NCBI GenBank assembly: GCA_046582885.1
Contig: JAYGDO010000598.1
Location: forward strand, 1 to 59,594
Length of the DNA stretch: 59,594 nucleotides
Source of the DNA: Pirellulales bacterium
GTDB taxonomy: Bacteria; Planctomycetota; Planctomycetia; Pirellulales; UBA7805
Reading direction: 5' to 3'
Shown: piece by piece, positions 49,613 to 59,594 of the stretch
Numbering within the stretch: position 1 is the first letter of the stretch
Layout: each line of letters opens with the position of its first letter
Made by a program: the position numbers and the translations under genes
Notes under the pieces: model-generated
Told to the model about the DNA's origin: nothing
The model's input: only the letters and a program-made list of their open reading frames with translations
Database searches by the model: none

Positions 49613-49886
49613 TGTTAAAACTCCGTTGTCCTGATCCATGACACTAAACTCGAAAGCAGCAAAGCAAACCGAGCTTCGTTACCCACCGTTCAGTTTTCGA
49701 CGTTTGCGTGAATTATAAAATCGGTTGTTCGTTTTCAACCAGCCATACCCGACCCTCAGCGGCATCCCGGATTATACGCGGCACGGCAACGTTGAACAGC
49801 TTTTGCACGATGGCGGATATCAAGTTGTCGTACCATAAGGTTGGTCGCCGGAGTCAAGCGTCGACACGATTTACGCTTTCGGCGCG

Positions 49887-51290
49887 TTAAAACAATTGTG
49901 TAATTGGATCGTGATCCTCAATCAGTTTCAGCAGATCTTGCGGCGCGCCGCGGGCGACGCGGAGTCGGCCGACGTCGAACAGCACGTGCATAATGGTCGA
50001 TAACATATTTGGCGTCGAAATCGGATCGCTCGCGGGTTGGCTGTTTTGTCGGTCGGACTGCCCGATCACTTGGCCATTGCGAATGCCACCGCCGGCAAAG
50101 GCCAGCGTGCAAAGTTTGGCCCAATGATCGCGACCGCCATTTTTGTTGATCTTGGGCGTGCGGCCAAAGTCGCCCGTGATGACGAGTAGCACCTTGTCAG
50201 CGAGGCCGCGGTCCTCGAGGTCTTCCAAAAAAGTGGCGACCGCTTTGTCAAAAGGCCTTCCCAGCATTTCCATTCCTGATTCCATTCCGGGATTGTTGCC
50301 GTCGGCGTGCATGTCCCAGCCGGCCTGCTGGACCGTCACGAATCCCGCACCGGCTTCGACCAACCTCCGCGCCACGAGCATCTGCCGTCCCAGGATTGAC
50401 GGCTGAAACACTTTTTTGCCGCAACGAAACTTGCTGGTGTCGTAGCGTTCGACGAGGCGTGGATCCTCCTTGGACAGATCAAAGGCCTTGCTGGCTCCGC
50501 CCGTAATCAGATCGACGGCTTGCTGTTCGAAACGGGTGAAACTATCAGCCACCGCAGGCTTGTCGAGTCCACGGCGAAGGCGATTGATTTCGCCCAGCAA
50601 TTTCCGCCGTGCGGCCAGTTGCTCGACCGTCAAATTCAACGTCATGTTTTCGATGGCACTACCGCCACTGCCCGGTTCAAACGCGGCGTTTGTCGAGCCG
50701 AGCGGTCCGGGCCGCGAGCCCCGGACGACGCGTTTGAGTTCTTTCGCATATTGACCATCTTTGTGGGGCGAAAGCAACAAATGATACGTCGGCAATCCGC
50801 TGGCGGGATTATTCGATCCTCGCAGCCGCGAATACATGGAGCCGATACTAAAGCCTTCTTTGGCTTCTCCATTCGGGTCCGTTCCGCCCGTCAGGACGTG
50901 GCTAATCGCCTTTTCATGATCTCCCACCGGGTGCATAAATGAACGAACGACCGCCATTTTTTTGGCGTGCCGCGCCAACAGGGGCAGCGTTCCGCCAAAC
51001 GTCACACCGGGCAGCGTGGTGCCGACCTCGCCCGTCACACTGCTATAGGGGCTGGGTGCGTCCATATTGGGATTGAAGGTTTCGATGTGGCTGGCGCCGC
51101 CGGCCAAAAATAGCAAGACGACCGCTTTGTCGCGGACGTAGTCTGCATCGCCGACCGCGGCCATGGCCTGATGATGCAGTAACCACGGTAGCGACAACCC
51201 GCCGATACCCAGCGTGCCCGCCCGAATGAAATCGCGACGGCAAAGGCCTTCACAATCGCGCGAGTTGTTTTGGCCGTAGATCGTTAACAT
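49887..51290 (-). CDS. DUF1501 domain protein (sulfatase-fold, Tat-like signal)
   Basis: RRDFIRAG twin-arginine-like N-terminus, LLFLAGGASHIETFNP, GDFGRTP, GRDHW. Confidence 0.88.
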   Translation of the reverse strand: MLTIYGQNNSRDCEGLCRRDFIRAGTLGIGGLSLPWLLHHQAMAAVGDADYVRDKAVVLLFLAGGASHIETFNPNMDAPSPYSSVTGEVGTTLPGVTFGGTLPLLARHAKKMAVVRSFMHPVGDHEKAISHVLTGGTDPNGEAKEGFSIGSMYSRLRGSNNPASGLPTYHLLLSPHKDGQYAKELKRVVRGSRPGPLGSTNAAFEPGSGGSAIENMTLNLTVEQLAARRKLLGEINRLRRGLDKPAVADSFTRFEQQAVDLITGGASKAFDLSKEDPRLVERYDTSKFRCGKKVFQPSILGRQMLVARRLVEAGAGFVTVQQAGWDMHADGNNPGMESGMEMLGRPFDKAVATFLEDLEDRGLADKVLLVITGDFGRTPKINKNGGRDHWAKLCTLAFAGGGIRNGQVIGQSDRQNSQPASDPISTPNMLSTIMHVLFDVGRLRVARGAPQDLLKLIEDHDPITQLF

Positions 51291-51434
51291 TTTTTGGGCC
51301 CCGCCATGCGGAATACAGTCGTGCTTCTACGAGTTGGTGACTTTTTTTGGAGCAGGTTGTCTTTTAACGCCTGGTCGAAAGTGTTGGCCAAATGTAACCG
51401 GAATGCCGCCGGCATCGGTTTGCTGTAAGGACAA

Positions 51435-53876
51435 TTAATGGTTAAACAGAAATTCCTCGGCGTTCACCAGCGCCCAAATTACGTCGGCATACGCCGATGC
51501 TTGATTGTTTTCCACGTGCGACATCAGCACTGCCAATTCGTCCGATTCGGGTGGGCGGGACAAAGCGATCATGTACAGTTCTCGAATCCGCTGTTCGTGC
51601 GGACGTTCGTCCTTGCTGAGTGTCTTGGCACGGTCGCCGGCTGTTTTGCCGAGAATTTCTTTAGAGTTAAGCAAATGCAACAACTGTGCGAGGCTGGTTT
51701 CGGAAGATCGTTCACATTCACAAGCGCTTGAAGAATTTGGCCGGCCAAAGACCGTCAGAAAATAGGAATCGAACGCATTGTCCGGAAGCTGAATCGCTCG
51801 GGTGCCGGCCGGAACACCGTTGAATTTCGAAGTGGACCCGGTGAGTTGATCGACCGCGTCGAGCAACACTTCGGCGCTTAAGCGGCGAGGATAGTACCTC
51901 GAGAAATTCTGGCGATCCGATTTATTGTATTTATTGGACTCGGCGCTGAGCTGATATGTGTGCGAGGTGCAAATGGTACGAACGAGGTTCTTCAGATCGA
52001 ATTTCTGCTCGATGAAGTATTCGGCCAGTGCATCGAGTAGTTCCCGGTTGGTTGGCGGATTTGTCATTCGCAGGTCGTCTTCCGGGTCGACGATACCGCG
52101 GCCCAAAAAATGCTTCCAATAGCGGTTGACCAGCGCCTTGGCAAAAAATGGGTTGTCCGGTTCGACCATCCAATCGACCAGTCGCCCGCGTGGGTCCTCT
52201 TTTTCACCAACCTCAATCGGCGGTCCGCCGAGTCCGGTTGGTGGAACGTCGAGCTGGGTTTTTGGGTTTTTGGCCTTTGCGATGCCTTCCTGATGGAAAA
52301 TATTGGCGGGTCGCTGCTGCTTGTAGGCGACCTGCGAAAAAAATGCCTGCAGACCGTAATAATCCTGCTGGCTCCATTTCTCGAGCGGATGGTGGTGGCA
52401 ACGGGCACACTGGATGCGGATGCCGAGGAACAATTGGGCCGTGTCCTCGACCTGGGCCGTCGCTTCGTTGACTGAACGATACCAAGTCACGGGCGGAGTT
52501 TTGACTTCTTCGCCCGTGGCGGTGATGATTTCGCGGACGAACCGGTCGTATGGCTTGTTCTCGTCGAGCGAATTACGAATCCAATTGTGAAAGGCGGCCG
52601 TCGGTTTGATGTCGTCGCCTGATCTCTCGCGGCGGTTGCGGAGGATCGCACTCCACTTGTTGGCGAAATTTTCGGCGTAGCCGCCGCTGGCCAGCAGTCG
52701 ATCGACGAGTCGTTTGCGTTTGTCGGCGCTGTTTTCGCTCAGGAACGCTTCCGCCTCTTCTAGATTTGGTACCCGGCCGGCGATGTCGATCGTCGCGCGG
52801 CGCAGAAACGTTGCATCGTCGCAAATCGCAGACGGCGGCAAACCGAGTTTTTCCAGCTGCTTGAAAACCAGTTTGTCGCTGAAGTTGGTGGCGGCGGGCA
52901 TCTCTTTGATCGGCGCACCGAGCGGGATTGTCGCATGAAAAACATTGACCATCGCCCGAAACCGAACCATGATGGCGGCGTGTCCCGGGAGGTCGAGCGC
53001 GGTGACCAGGCCCGTCTCGGTGACTTCCGCAGCTTTGTCGTCGTTCGATTCAAACTGTGCCATGCGGGTTACGTCGCGGCTTGAGCCATCCGAGTAATGC
53101 GCGACGACAACCAACTGCTGCATGCCGCCCGGCGGCATGAGTCGTTCCCGCGGCAGAACCTCAATGTGCTGGGCAACCGGATCATCGGGAATGCCATAAC
53201 GCATGCCCTGCGCGATCCATCGCCGCAGAATTCGATAAGATGGCGAGTCGCGTTCGATGCGACTGCCTCCGCCGTGCGCCGCTGTGCCGGTGGCCTTGCG
53301 CAGCAACAGGCTGTATTCAGGCGCGGCATTGGAAAGCCGCCGTCCGCGCGCCTCGAGCACAAGATGTTCGTAGTCTTCTTGTGGTTCAAATCCTAACAGC
53401 GACAGCGCGAAACCGTTTTGGCCCCCGGATTTACCGTGGCAGGCGCCCGCATTGCATCCGGCTTTGGTAAAGATGGGCACAACGTCGTTGGGGAAGTTGA
53501 CGGGCAGATCGCGGTCGATATTCGTCACGCGAATACGTGTTTCCGCCTCGAGACCGCTTGATCCGCGTACATGAATCGTCGCTTTGCCTTTAGCAACCGC
53601 CGACACCCAACCCGATTTGGAGACTCGAACAATTCCGCCGGGCGTCACCCGATAGCTTACTTCGCGCGACAAATCGCGGACCTCGCCGCCAGCGTACTTA
53701 CCTGTCACGATCAATTGTCGGCCGGAATCTTGGCCCGACAGGACAAAGGCAGCGGAGTCGGATCCACCTGTTTCCAGCTCAAGCGATTGCAGCGACCCCA
53801 GGTTCGCGCTGAAAGCGTTGCCACTAATTACCGCAACAACAATGAAGATCGAGACCAACTTGATTTGACTCGACAT
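51435..53876 (-). CDS. DUF1549/DUF1553 (PSCyt2/PSD1) protein with N-terminal Ig-like domain
   Basis: CNAGACHGKSGGQNGF, RIQCARCHHHPLEKWSQQDYYGLQAFF, FGRPNSSSACECER. It is upstream of its usual DUF1501 partner. Start is the ATG at 53876 or 53924. Confidence 0.86.
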   Translation of the reverse strand: MSSQIKLVSIFIVVAVISGNAFSANLGSLQSLELETGGSDSAAFVLSGQDSGRQLIVTGKYAGGEVRDLSREVSYRVTPGGIVRVSKSGWVSAVAKGKATIHVRGSSGLEAETRIRVTNIDRDLPVNFPNDVVPIFTKAGCNAGACHGKSGGQNGFALSLLGFEPQEDYEHLVLEARGRRLSNAAPEYSLLLRKATGTAAHGGGSRIERDSPSYRILRRWIAQGMRYGIPDDPVAQHIEVLPRERLMPPGGMQQLVVVAHYSDGSSRDVTRMAQFESNDDKAAEVTETGLVTALDLPGHAAIMVRFRAMVNVFHATIPLGAPIKEMPAATNFSDKLVFKQLEKLGLPPSAICDDATFLRRATIDIAGRVPNLEEAEAFLSENSADKRKRLVDRLLASGGYAENFANKWSAILRNRRERSGDDIKPTAAFHNWIRNSLDENKPYDRFVREIITATGEEVKTPPVTWYRSVNEATAQVEDTAQLFLGIRIQCARCHHHPLEKWSQQDYYGLQAFFSQVAYKQQRPANIFHQEGIAKAKNPKTQLDVPPTGLGGPPIEVGEKEDPRGRLVDWMVEPDNPFFAKALVNRYWKHFLGRGIVDPEDDLRMTNPPTNRELLDALAEYFIEQKFDLKNLVRTICTSHTYQLSAESNKYNKSDRQNFSRYYPRRLSAEVLLDAVDQLTGSTSKFNGVPAGTRAIQLPDNAFDSYFLTVFGRPNSSSACECERSSETSLAQLLHLLNSKEILGKTAGDRAKTLSKDERPHEQRIRELYMIALSRPPESDELAVLMSHVENNQASAYADVIWALVNAEEFLFNH

Positions 53877-54076
53877 ATGACGAATACCCAATCGGAGCGT
53901 TTTGGCGGGTTCCGTAGCTAGCACATCTGGTGGCGGGTCGGTTTGGCAATTTACAACGCGAGAACCTCGTGTTCCATCATATCAAACCGAGGATTCTACA
54001 TGCAGTATTCTGTCGAAAGTATACGGCCACAGAGCTTCGTTAAGCTACCGGAGTATTGGTCGCAAAGAACTGGAAA

Positions 54077-55390
54077 TTAGGACTTTACGACGGGTCGACC
54101 AATCGAATAGTAGGTAAATCCAGCTTCGCTCATTTGCTGCAAGCCGAAAATGTTGCGGCCGTCAAAGATCACAGGTTGTTTCATCAGCTCGCGAATTTCG
54201 TCGAGGTCGGGATTTCGGAATTCGCCCCATTCGGTCATGATCGCCAGCGCGTCGGCACCTTTCAGGGCGTCCAAGGGGCGGTCGTGATAGGCCAGTTTCT
54301 CGCCGAAGATCGCACGCACATTGTCCATTGCCTCCGGATCGTGAACAGCCACGTTTGCGCCGGCTTGCAGTAGTTTGGCGATCAGCACCAGGGCGGGCGC
54401 TTCGCGGATATCGTCTGTTTTCGGCTTGAAGGCAAGCCCCCAAATGGCGACCGTTTTGTCGGCGATGTCGTCGCCAAAATACTTTAGCACCAGACTTGGT
54501 ACGACATGTTTTTGCCGCTCGTTGATCGCGTCGACGGCCGGCAGTAACTTTGATTCGACGTCGAGATTGGTTGCCATCGATGCGAGCGCTCGCACATCCT
54601 TCGGAAAGCAGCTGCCGCCATAACCGACACCGGGAAAGAGAAAGGCGAAACCGATGCGGCTGTCGTGGCCGATTCCGCGGCGGACGTCGTCGATGTCGGC
54701 GCCCATTTTGGCGCAGAGGTTGGACATTTCGTTGATGAAGCTGATCTTGGTGGCCAGCAGCGCGTTGGCCGTATACTTGGTCATCTCGGCACTTTCGGGC
54801 GACATGACTAGAAATGGTTTGTCGGTGCGCAGAAACGGCGCATAGAGACAGCGCAGCAAATCAGCTTCTTCGGTTGTTCGAACGCCAACCACGACGCGAT
54901 CGGGTTTCATAAAGTCATCAATGGCCGCGCCCTCTTTGAGGAACTCGGGGTTGCTGGCAACATTACATTCGCGGCCCGTCAGTTCCCGCAGCAAGCTGTA
55001 AAGTTTGGCGTTTGTGCCGACCGGAACGGTGCTCTTGGTGATGATGATTGCATTGTCTTCCAGATGCGGCGCGATCGATTTAACCACGGTCCACAAAGCG
55101 GACAAATCGGCCGACCCGTCGTCGGCGCTGGGAGTACCGACGGCCAAAAAAATCAGTGTTGCGTCGGGCACGGCGTCGGCAATGTTCGTGGTGAAATGCA
55201 ACCGCCCACCGGTCGTGTTGCGGTCAATCAACTCGGCGAGGCCGGGCTCGTAAATGGGCACTTCGCCGCGGCGCAGCATGGCGATTTTTTCTTCGTTGAT
55301 ATCGACGCACGTCACGTCATTGCCGCTTTCGGCAAAGCACGTACCGGTGACCAAACCAACGTATCCGGTGCCAACGACGGCGATCTTCAT
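54077..55390 (-). CDS. ugd: UDP-glucose 6-dehydrogenase
   Basis: [41 protein letters not shown]. Confidence 0.92.
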   Translation of the reverse strand: MKIAVVGTGYVGLVTGTCFAESGNDVTCVDINEEKIAMLRRGEVPIYEPGLAELIDRNTTGGRLHFTTNIADAVPDATLIFLAVGTPSADDGSADLSALWTVVKSIAPHLEDNAIIITKSTVPVGTNAKLYSLLRELTGRECNVASNPEFLKEGAAIDDFMKPDRVVVGVRTTEEADLLRCLYAPFLRTDKPFLVMSPESAEMTKYTANALLATKISFINEMSNLCAKMGADIDDVRRGIGHDSRIGFAFLFPGVGYGGSCFPKDVRALASMATNLDVESKLLPAVDAINERQKHVVPSLVLKYFGDDIADKTVAIWGLAFKPKTDDIREAPALVLIAKLLQAGANVAVHDPEAMDNVRAIFGEKLAYHDRPLDALKGADALAIMTEWGEFRNPDLDEIRELMKQPVIFDGRNIFGLQQMSEAGFTYYSIGRPVVKS

Positions 55391-55439
55391 GGTGTGGTAC
55401 CTCCGTGATCCGTCCTTCCCTGTTCGGGGGAGGGGTGTG

Positions 55440-56417
<978 letters not shown>

Positions 56418-56486
56418 CTAATGGCCAGACCCCGACATCCGATGACCAAGCGAAAACAGTTATTCGAGGTGGTCATTGAGATTTGG

Positions 56487-59255
56487 TTATTGGCCATTGT
56501 TTGGATCGTTTGAGTTTTGTTCGGTGGAATCGTTCGGCGGGTCCGTGTCGTTTGCGACCGCCGCGCTCGCCTCCGCTCCATTTTCTTCACGTGGAACGCG
56601 GACGATCGCCGCCAGTTCATCGTTGCTATCGGTATTCATGATGCGGACGCCCTGCGTGTTGCGGCCGATCACGCTGATGCCATTGGCCGCGATCCGCTGA
56701 ATCTTACCTCGTCGGGTCATCATGATAACCTCGTCGCTGTCCGTGACCCGCGCGATGCCAATGACGGGACCGTTGCGATTGCTGGTCTTGATGTCGCGTA
56801 CACCTTTGCCGCCTCGACGCTGCGTGCGGTAGCGTCCGGTCGAACTGCCCCGGTCCGCATCTGGGTCTGAAACTTCGCCATCCGACTGGTCGCTCTCATC
56901 GACCGTGGTACTGCCGGCGCCAAAGATAGTCCGCTTACCATAACCGTTTGCACAGGCGGTCAGCAGTGTCGATTCCGATTCAGCCACGACCATACCTACA
57001 ACGCGATCATCGCCGACCAGCCTGATGCCTCTGACACCCGATGAATTCCGGCCCATCGGCCGCGCGTCGGCTTCGTTGAAGCGGATCGCCATACCCTTGG
57101 ATGTGGCCAAAACGACTTCGTCGCCCGGCTTGGTGATCTGGACATCGACCACTTCGTCCCCTTCGCGGAGCTTGATCGCGATGATGCCGCCCTGCCGCGG
57201 TCGGCTGTATTTATCAAGCGACGTTTTCTTTACCTGCCCGCTCGCTGTCGCCATTATGAGAAAATGCCCGGGCCGATCAAAGCCGCGCACTGCGCGGCAG
57301 TCGGCGATTTTTTCGTCTTTCTGTAAATTCAGCAGGTTCACAATCGCGCGGCCGCGACTTTCCCGCGATAGCTGCGGCAAGTCGTAAACTTTTTGCCAGT
57401 AGACGCGGCCCTTGTTCGTAAAGAACATCAAGTACGCGTGCGTACTGGCCACGAACAGGTGTTCGATTGGATCCTCGTCTTCGGTCTTTGCGCCTTTGAG
57501 CCCCTTGCCACCGCGCCGCTGCGCGCGATAGACGCTGGCGGCCGTCCGCTTGACGTAGCCGTTGTGGCTGATCGAGACAACCATCGTCTCTTCTGTGATC
57601 AGTTCATCGAGGTCGATGTTTCCGATTTCTTCACCGCTGATTTCCGTCCGCCGCTTGTCGCTGAACTTCTTTTTCATGTCGGCGAGGTCGTCTTTGATAA
57701 TCTGCAAAATGTTTGCTTCGTCGGCGAGGATGCGGTTGAATTCGGTGATATCCTCCAGTAACTTTTTGTGTTCGCCTCCGAGCTTTTCCTGCTCGAGGTT
57801 GACCAGCTGGCCGAGCGTCATTTTCAGAATCGCGTCAGCCTGCACAGGTGTCAGATGATAATTCTCGCTGATTCCGTGCTCTTCTTGAAATGACCGGTAA
57901 CCTTCGTCTCCCAGCGCCCGCGCTAGCATCGCGCCGGGGCAGTCGAGTTGCATCAACTGCTGTTTCGCTTCGGGCTGGGTGGTCGAGGCGCGAATGACGG
58001 CGATTACCTCGTCGATATTGGCGTGCGCCAGCAGCAGCCCTTCGACCGTATGCTTGCGGTTGCGGGCCCGCGCAACGAGAAACTGCGTCCGCCGCCTAAT
58101 GACCGAAGCCCGATGGCGGACAAATTCCTCCAACATCGCTTTAAACGACAGCTGGCACGGCTTGCCGTCGACCAGAGCAAGGAAATTCAGCGAGAATGTC
58201 GTTTGCAATTGTGAAAACTGATAGAGCTGGTTCAGCACGACTTCCGCATCGGCGTCGCGTTTGACGTTGATTACCAGCCGGACCGGTTCTTTCAGGTCGC
58301 TTTCATTGCGGATGCCGCTGATGCCTTTGATCCGGCCATCGGTGGCTAGGGCCGCGATATTCTCTTCGATACGATCGCGAGCGGCTTGATAGGGGATCTC
58401 GTGGATGACGATTCTTTGCCGGTTTTTGCCGTGTTCTTCGATCGAACACCGAGCCCGCAGCGTAATGCGGGCCCGCCCGGTGTGGTAACCGTTGCGGATG
58501 CCACTGCGGCCGCAAATAATACCGCCGGTGGGAAAGTCCGGCCCGGGACAAATCTCCAGCAACTCATCGATCGACACTTCGGGTTCGTCGATTACGCGTG
58601 TCAGCGCGTCGCAGACTTCCCCAAGATTGTGGGGTGGAATCGATGTCGTGTATCCGACCGCGATCCCGTTCGCACCATTGACCAGTAAATTTGGAAACCG
58701 CGAGGGTAAAACGGTGGGTTCTGTGCGGCGCTCGTCGTAGGTCGGCAGATAATCGACCGTGTCGAGATTCAAATCGTCCAGCAACTGCGCGGCCGGCGCG
58801 GCCATCCTCGCTTCGGTGTATCGCATGGCGGCGGGCGGCAGGCCGGCGATCGAGCCGAAATTGCCCTGCTTGTCTATCAGCACATAGCGCAAATTCCATT
58901 CTTGCGCCATGCGGACCAGCGTCGGATAAATGACACTTTCACCGTGCGGATGATAGTTGCCGCTCGTGTCGCCGGAGATTTTTGCGCACTTGATGCGACC
59001 TGCGCCGGGAGTCAGGTTCAGGTCGTTCATGGCGACCAGTATTCGCCGCTGCGACGGTTTCAAGCCGTCGCGGACATCGGGCAGCGCGCGACTGGCAATG
59101 ACGCTCATGGCGTACGTCAGATAGCTGTTTTTAAGCTCATCCTCGATGGGCAGATTGATGATATTTCCCGCTGGCGGGCCGCCGTCGCCGGAGCCGTTAT
59201 CTCCGTCGCCCCCCGTCCGCCCTTCGGGATCAGGCAGGTCGGAATCCGTAGCCAA
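56487..59255 (-). CDS. gyrA: DNA gyrase subunit A
   Basis: [33 protein letters not shown] (catalytic Tyr), and C-terminal beta-pinwheel repeats with QRRGGKG. Confidence 0.96.
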   Translation of the reverse strand: MATDSDLPDPEGRTGGDGDNGSGDGGPPAGNIINLPIEDELKNSYLTYAMSVIASRALPDVRDGLKPSQRRILVAMNDLNLTPGAGRIKCAKISGDTSGNYHPHGESVIYPTLVRMAQEWNLRYVLIDKQGNFGSIAGLPPAAMRYTEARMAAPAAQLLDDLNLDTVDYLPTYDERRTEPTVLPSRFPNLLVNGANGIAVGYTTSIPPHNLGEVCDALTRVIDEPEVSIDELLEICPGPDFPTGGIICGRSGIRNGYHTGRARITLRARCSIEEHGKNRQRIVIHEIPYQAARDRIEENIAALATDGRIKGISGIRNESDLKEPVRLVINVKRDADAEVVLNQLYQFSQLQTTFSLNFLALVDGKPCQLSFKAMLEEFVRHRASVIRRRTQFLVARARNRKHTVEGLLLAHANIDEVIAVIRASTTQPEAKQQLMQLDCPGAMLARALGDEGYRSFQEEHGISENYHLTPVQADAILKMTLGQLVNLEQEKLGGEHKKLLEDITEFNRILADEANILQIIKDDLADMKKKFSDKRRTEISGEEIGNIDLDELITEETMVVSISHNGYVKRTAASVYRAQRRGGKGLKGAKTEDEDPIEHLFVASTHAYLMFFTNKGRVYWQKVYDLPQLSRESRGRAIVNLLNLQKDEKIADCRAVRGFDRPGHFLIMATASGQVKKTSLDKYSRPRQGGIIAIKLREGDEVVDVQITKPGDEVVLATSKGMAIRFNEADARPMGRNSSGVRGIRLVGDDRVVGMVVAESESTLLTACANGYGKRTIFGAGSTTVDESDQSDGEVSDPDADRGSSTGRYRTQRRGGKGVRDIKTSNRNGPVIGIARVTDSDEVIMMTRRGKIQRIAANGISVIGRNTQGVRIMNTDSNDELAAIVRVPREENGAEASAAVANDTDPPNDSTEQNSNDPNNGQ

Positions 59256-59594
59256 AGATCAGTCCTTTCAGGCCAAATTCTTACCAAATTGCAAACCACC
59301 GATTGTATCGTTTTGGCCCTCGATTCACAACGCCTCGCGGCCGTTATTAGTCGTCGTAAATCGTGAAACTGCAAGGCCCTCCACGCCACTCGCTGAAGCG
59401 TGACTTGGCGGGCGCCAGGCGGGGCAGTCGCGGCGAATATCTGCTCCCCGCCGAGACGCGATTCAACAAAATTTGCAGAGCAGATTAGGATCGACGCGAG
59501 GCATCATTCGCCTGCCAAGTTGAGAATAACGCACCGCCGCAATAAGTTTTGCTTGCTTCGGTCCCGACCGTGCCACGAACTGCCATAAGGGCAC

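Overview
A 59.6 kb chromosomal window of moderately high GC. The gene content looks planctomycetal (Pirellulales-like): a DUF1549/DUF1553 + DUF1501 pair, multiple sulfatases, DUF1080, ThuA and malectin modules, and giant multidomain secreted proteins. It is mostly core housekeeping. It holds the replication-origin neighbourhood on the minus strand (cysteine desulfurase, short dnaA, AT-rich gap, dnaN, DUF721/DciA-like, gyrB). It also holds gyrA, tig plus two tandem clpP genes, gap, one tRNA-Gly(GCC), gmd, ugd, a fused hemD-hemE, an actP operon, envelope proteases (M50, SppA, M28) and carbohydrate and sulfated-glycan enzymes. I found no transposase, integrase, phage gene, CRISPR array, toxin-antitoxin pair or recognisable defence system, so I cannot point to a clear novel system. 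The observations most worth follow-up are these. (1) An atypical initiation module: a DnaA lacking domains I-II, packed 48 bp behind a NifS-like gene, next to an 88% AT stretch with phased TAA triplets and a DciA-type gene where recF usually sits. (2) A HemD-HemE fusion. (3) A sulfatase / glycoside-hydrolase-like / sulfatase tri-domain protein. (4) An ActP-type symporter carrying a ~230-residue soluble insertion. (5) A frameshift at a T6 run that splits an esterase-FN3-malectin protein. (6) An octanucleotide microsatellite starting on a stop codon. (7) A 585 bp apparently non-coding gap with a perfect 21 bp palindrome. All family assignments come from by-eye motif recognition, with no searches run. 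Start codons are my best guesses and stop positions come from the ORF track.
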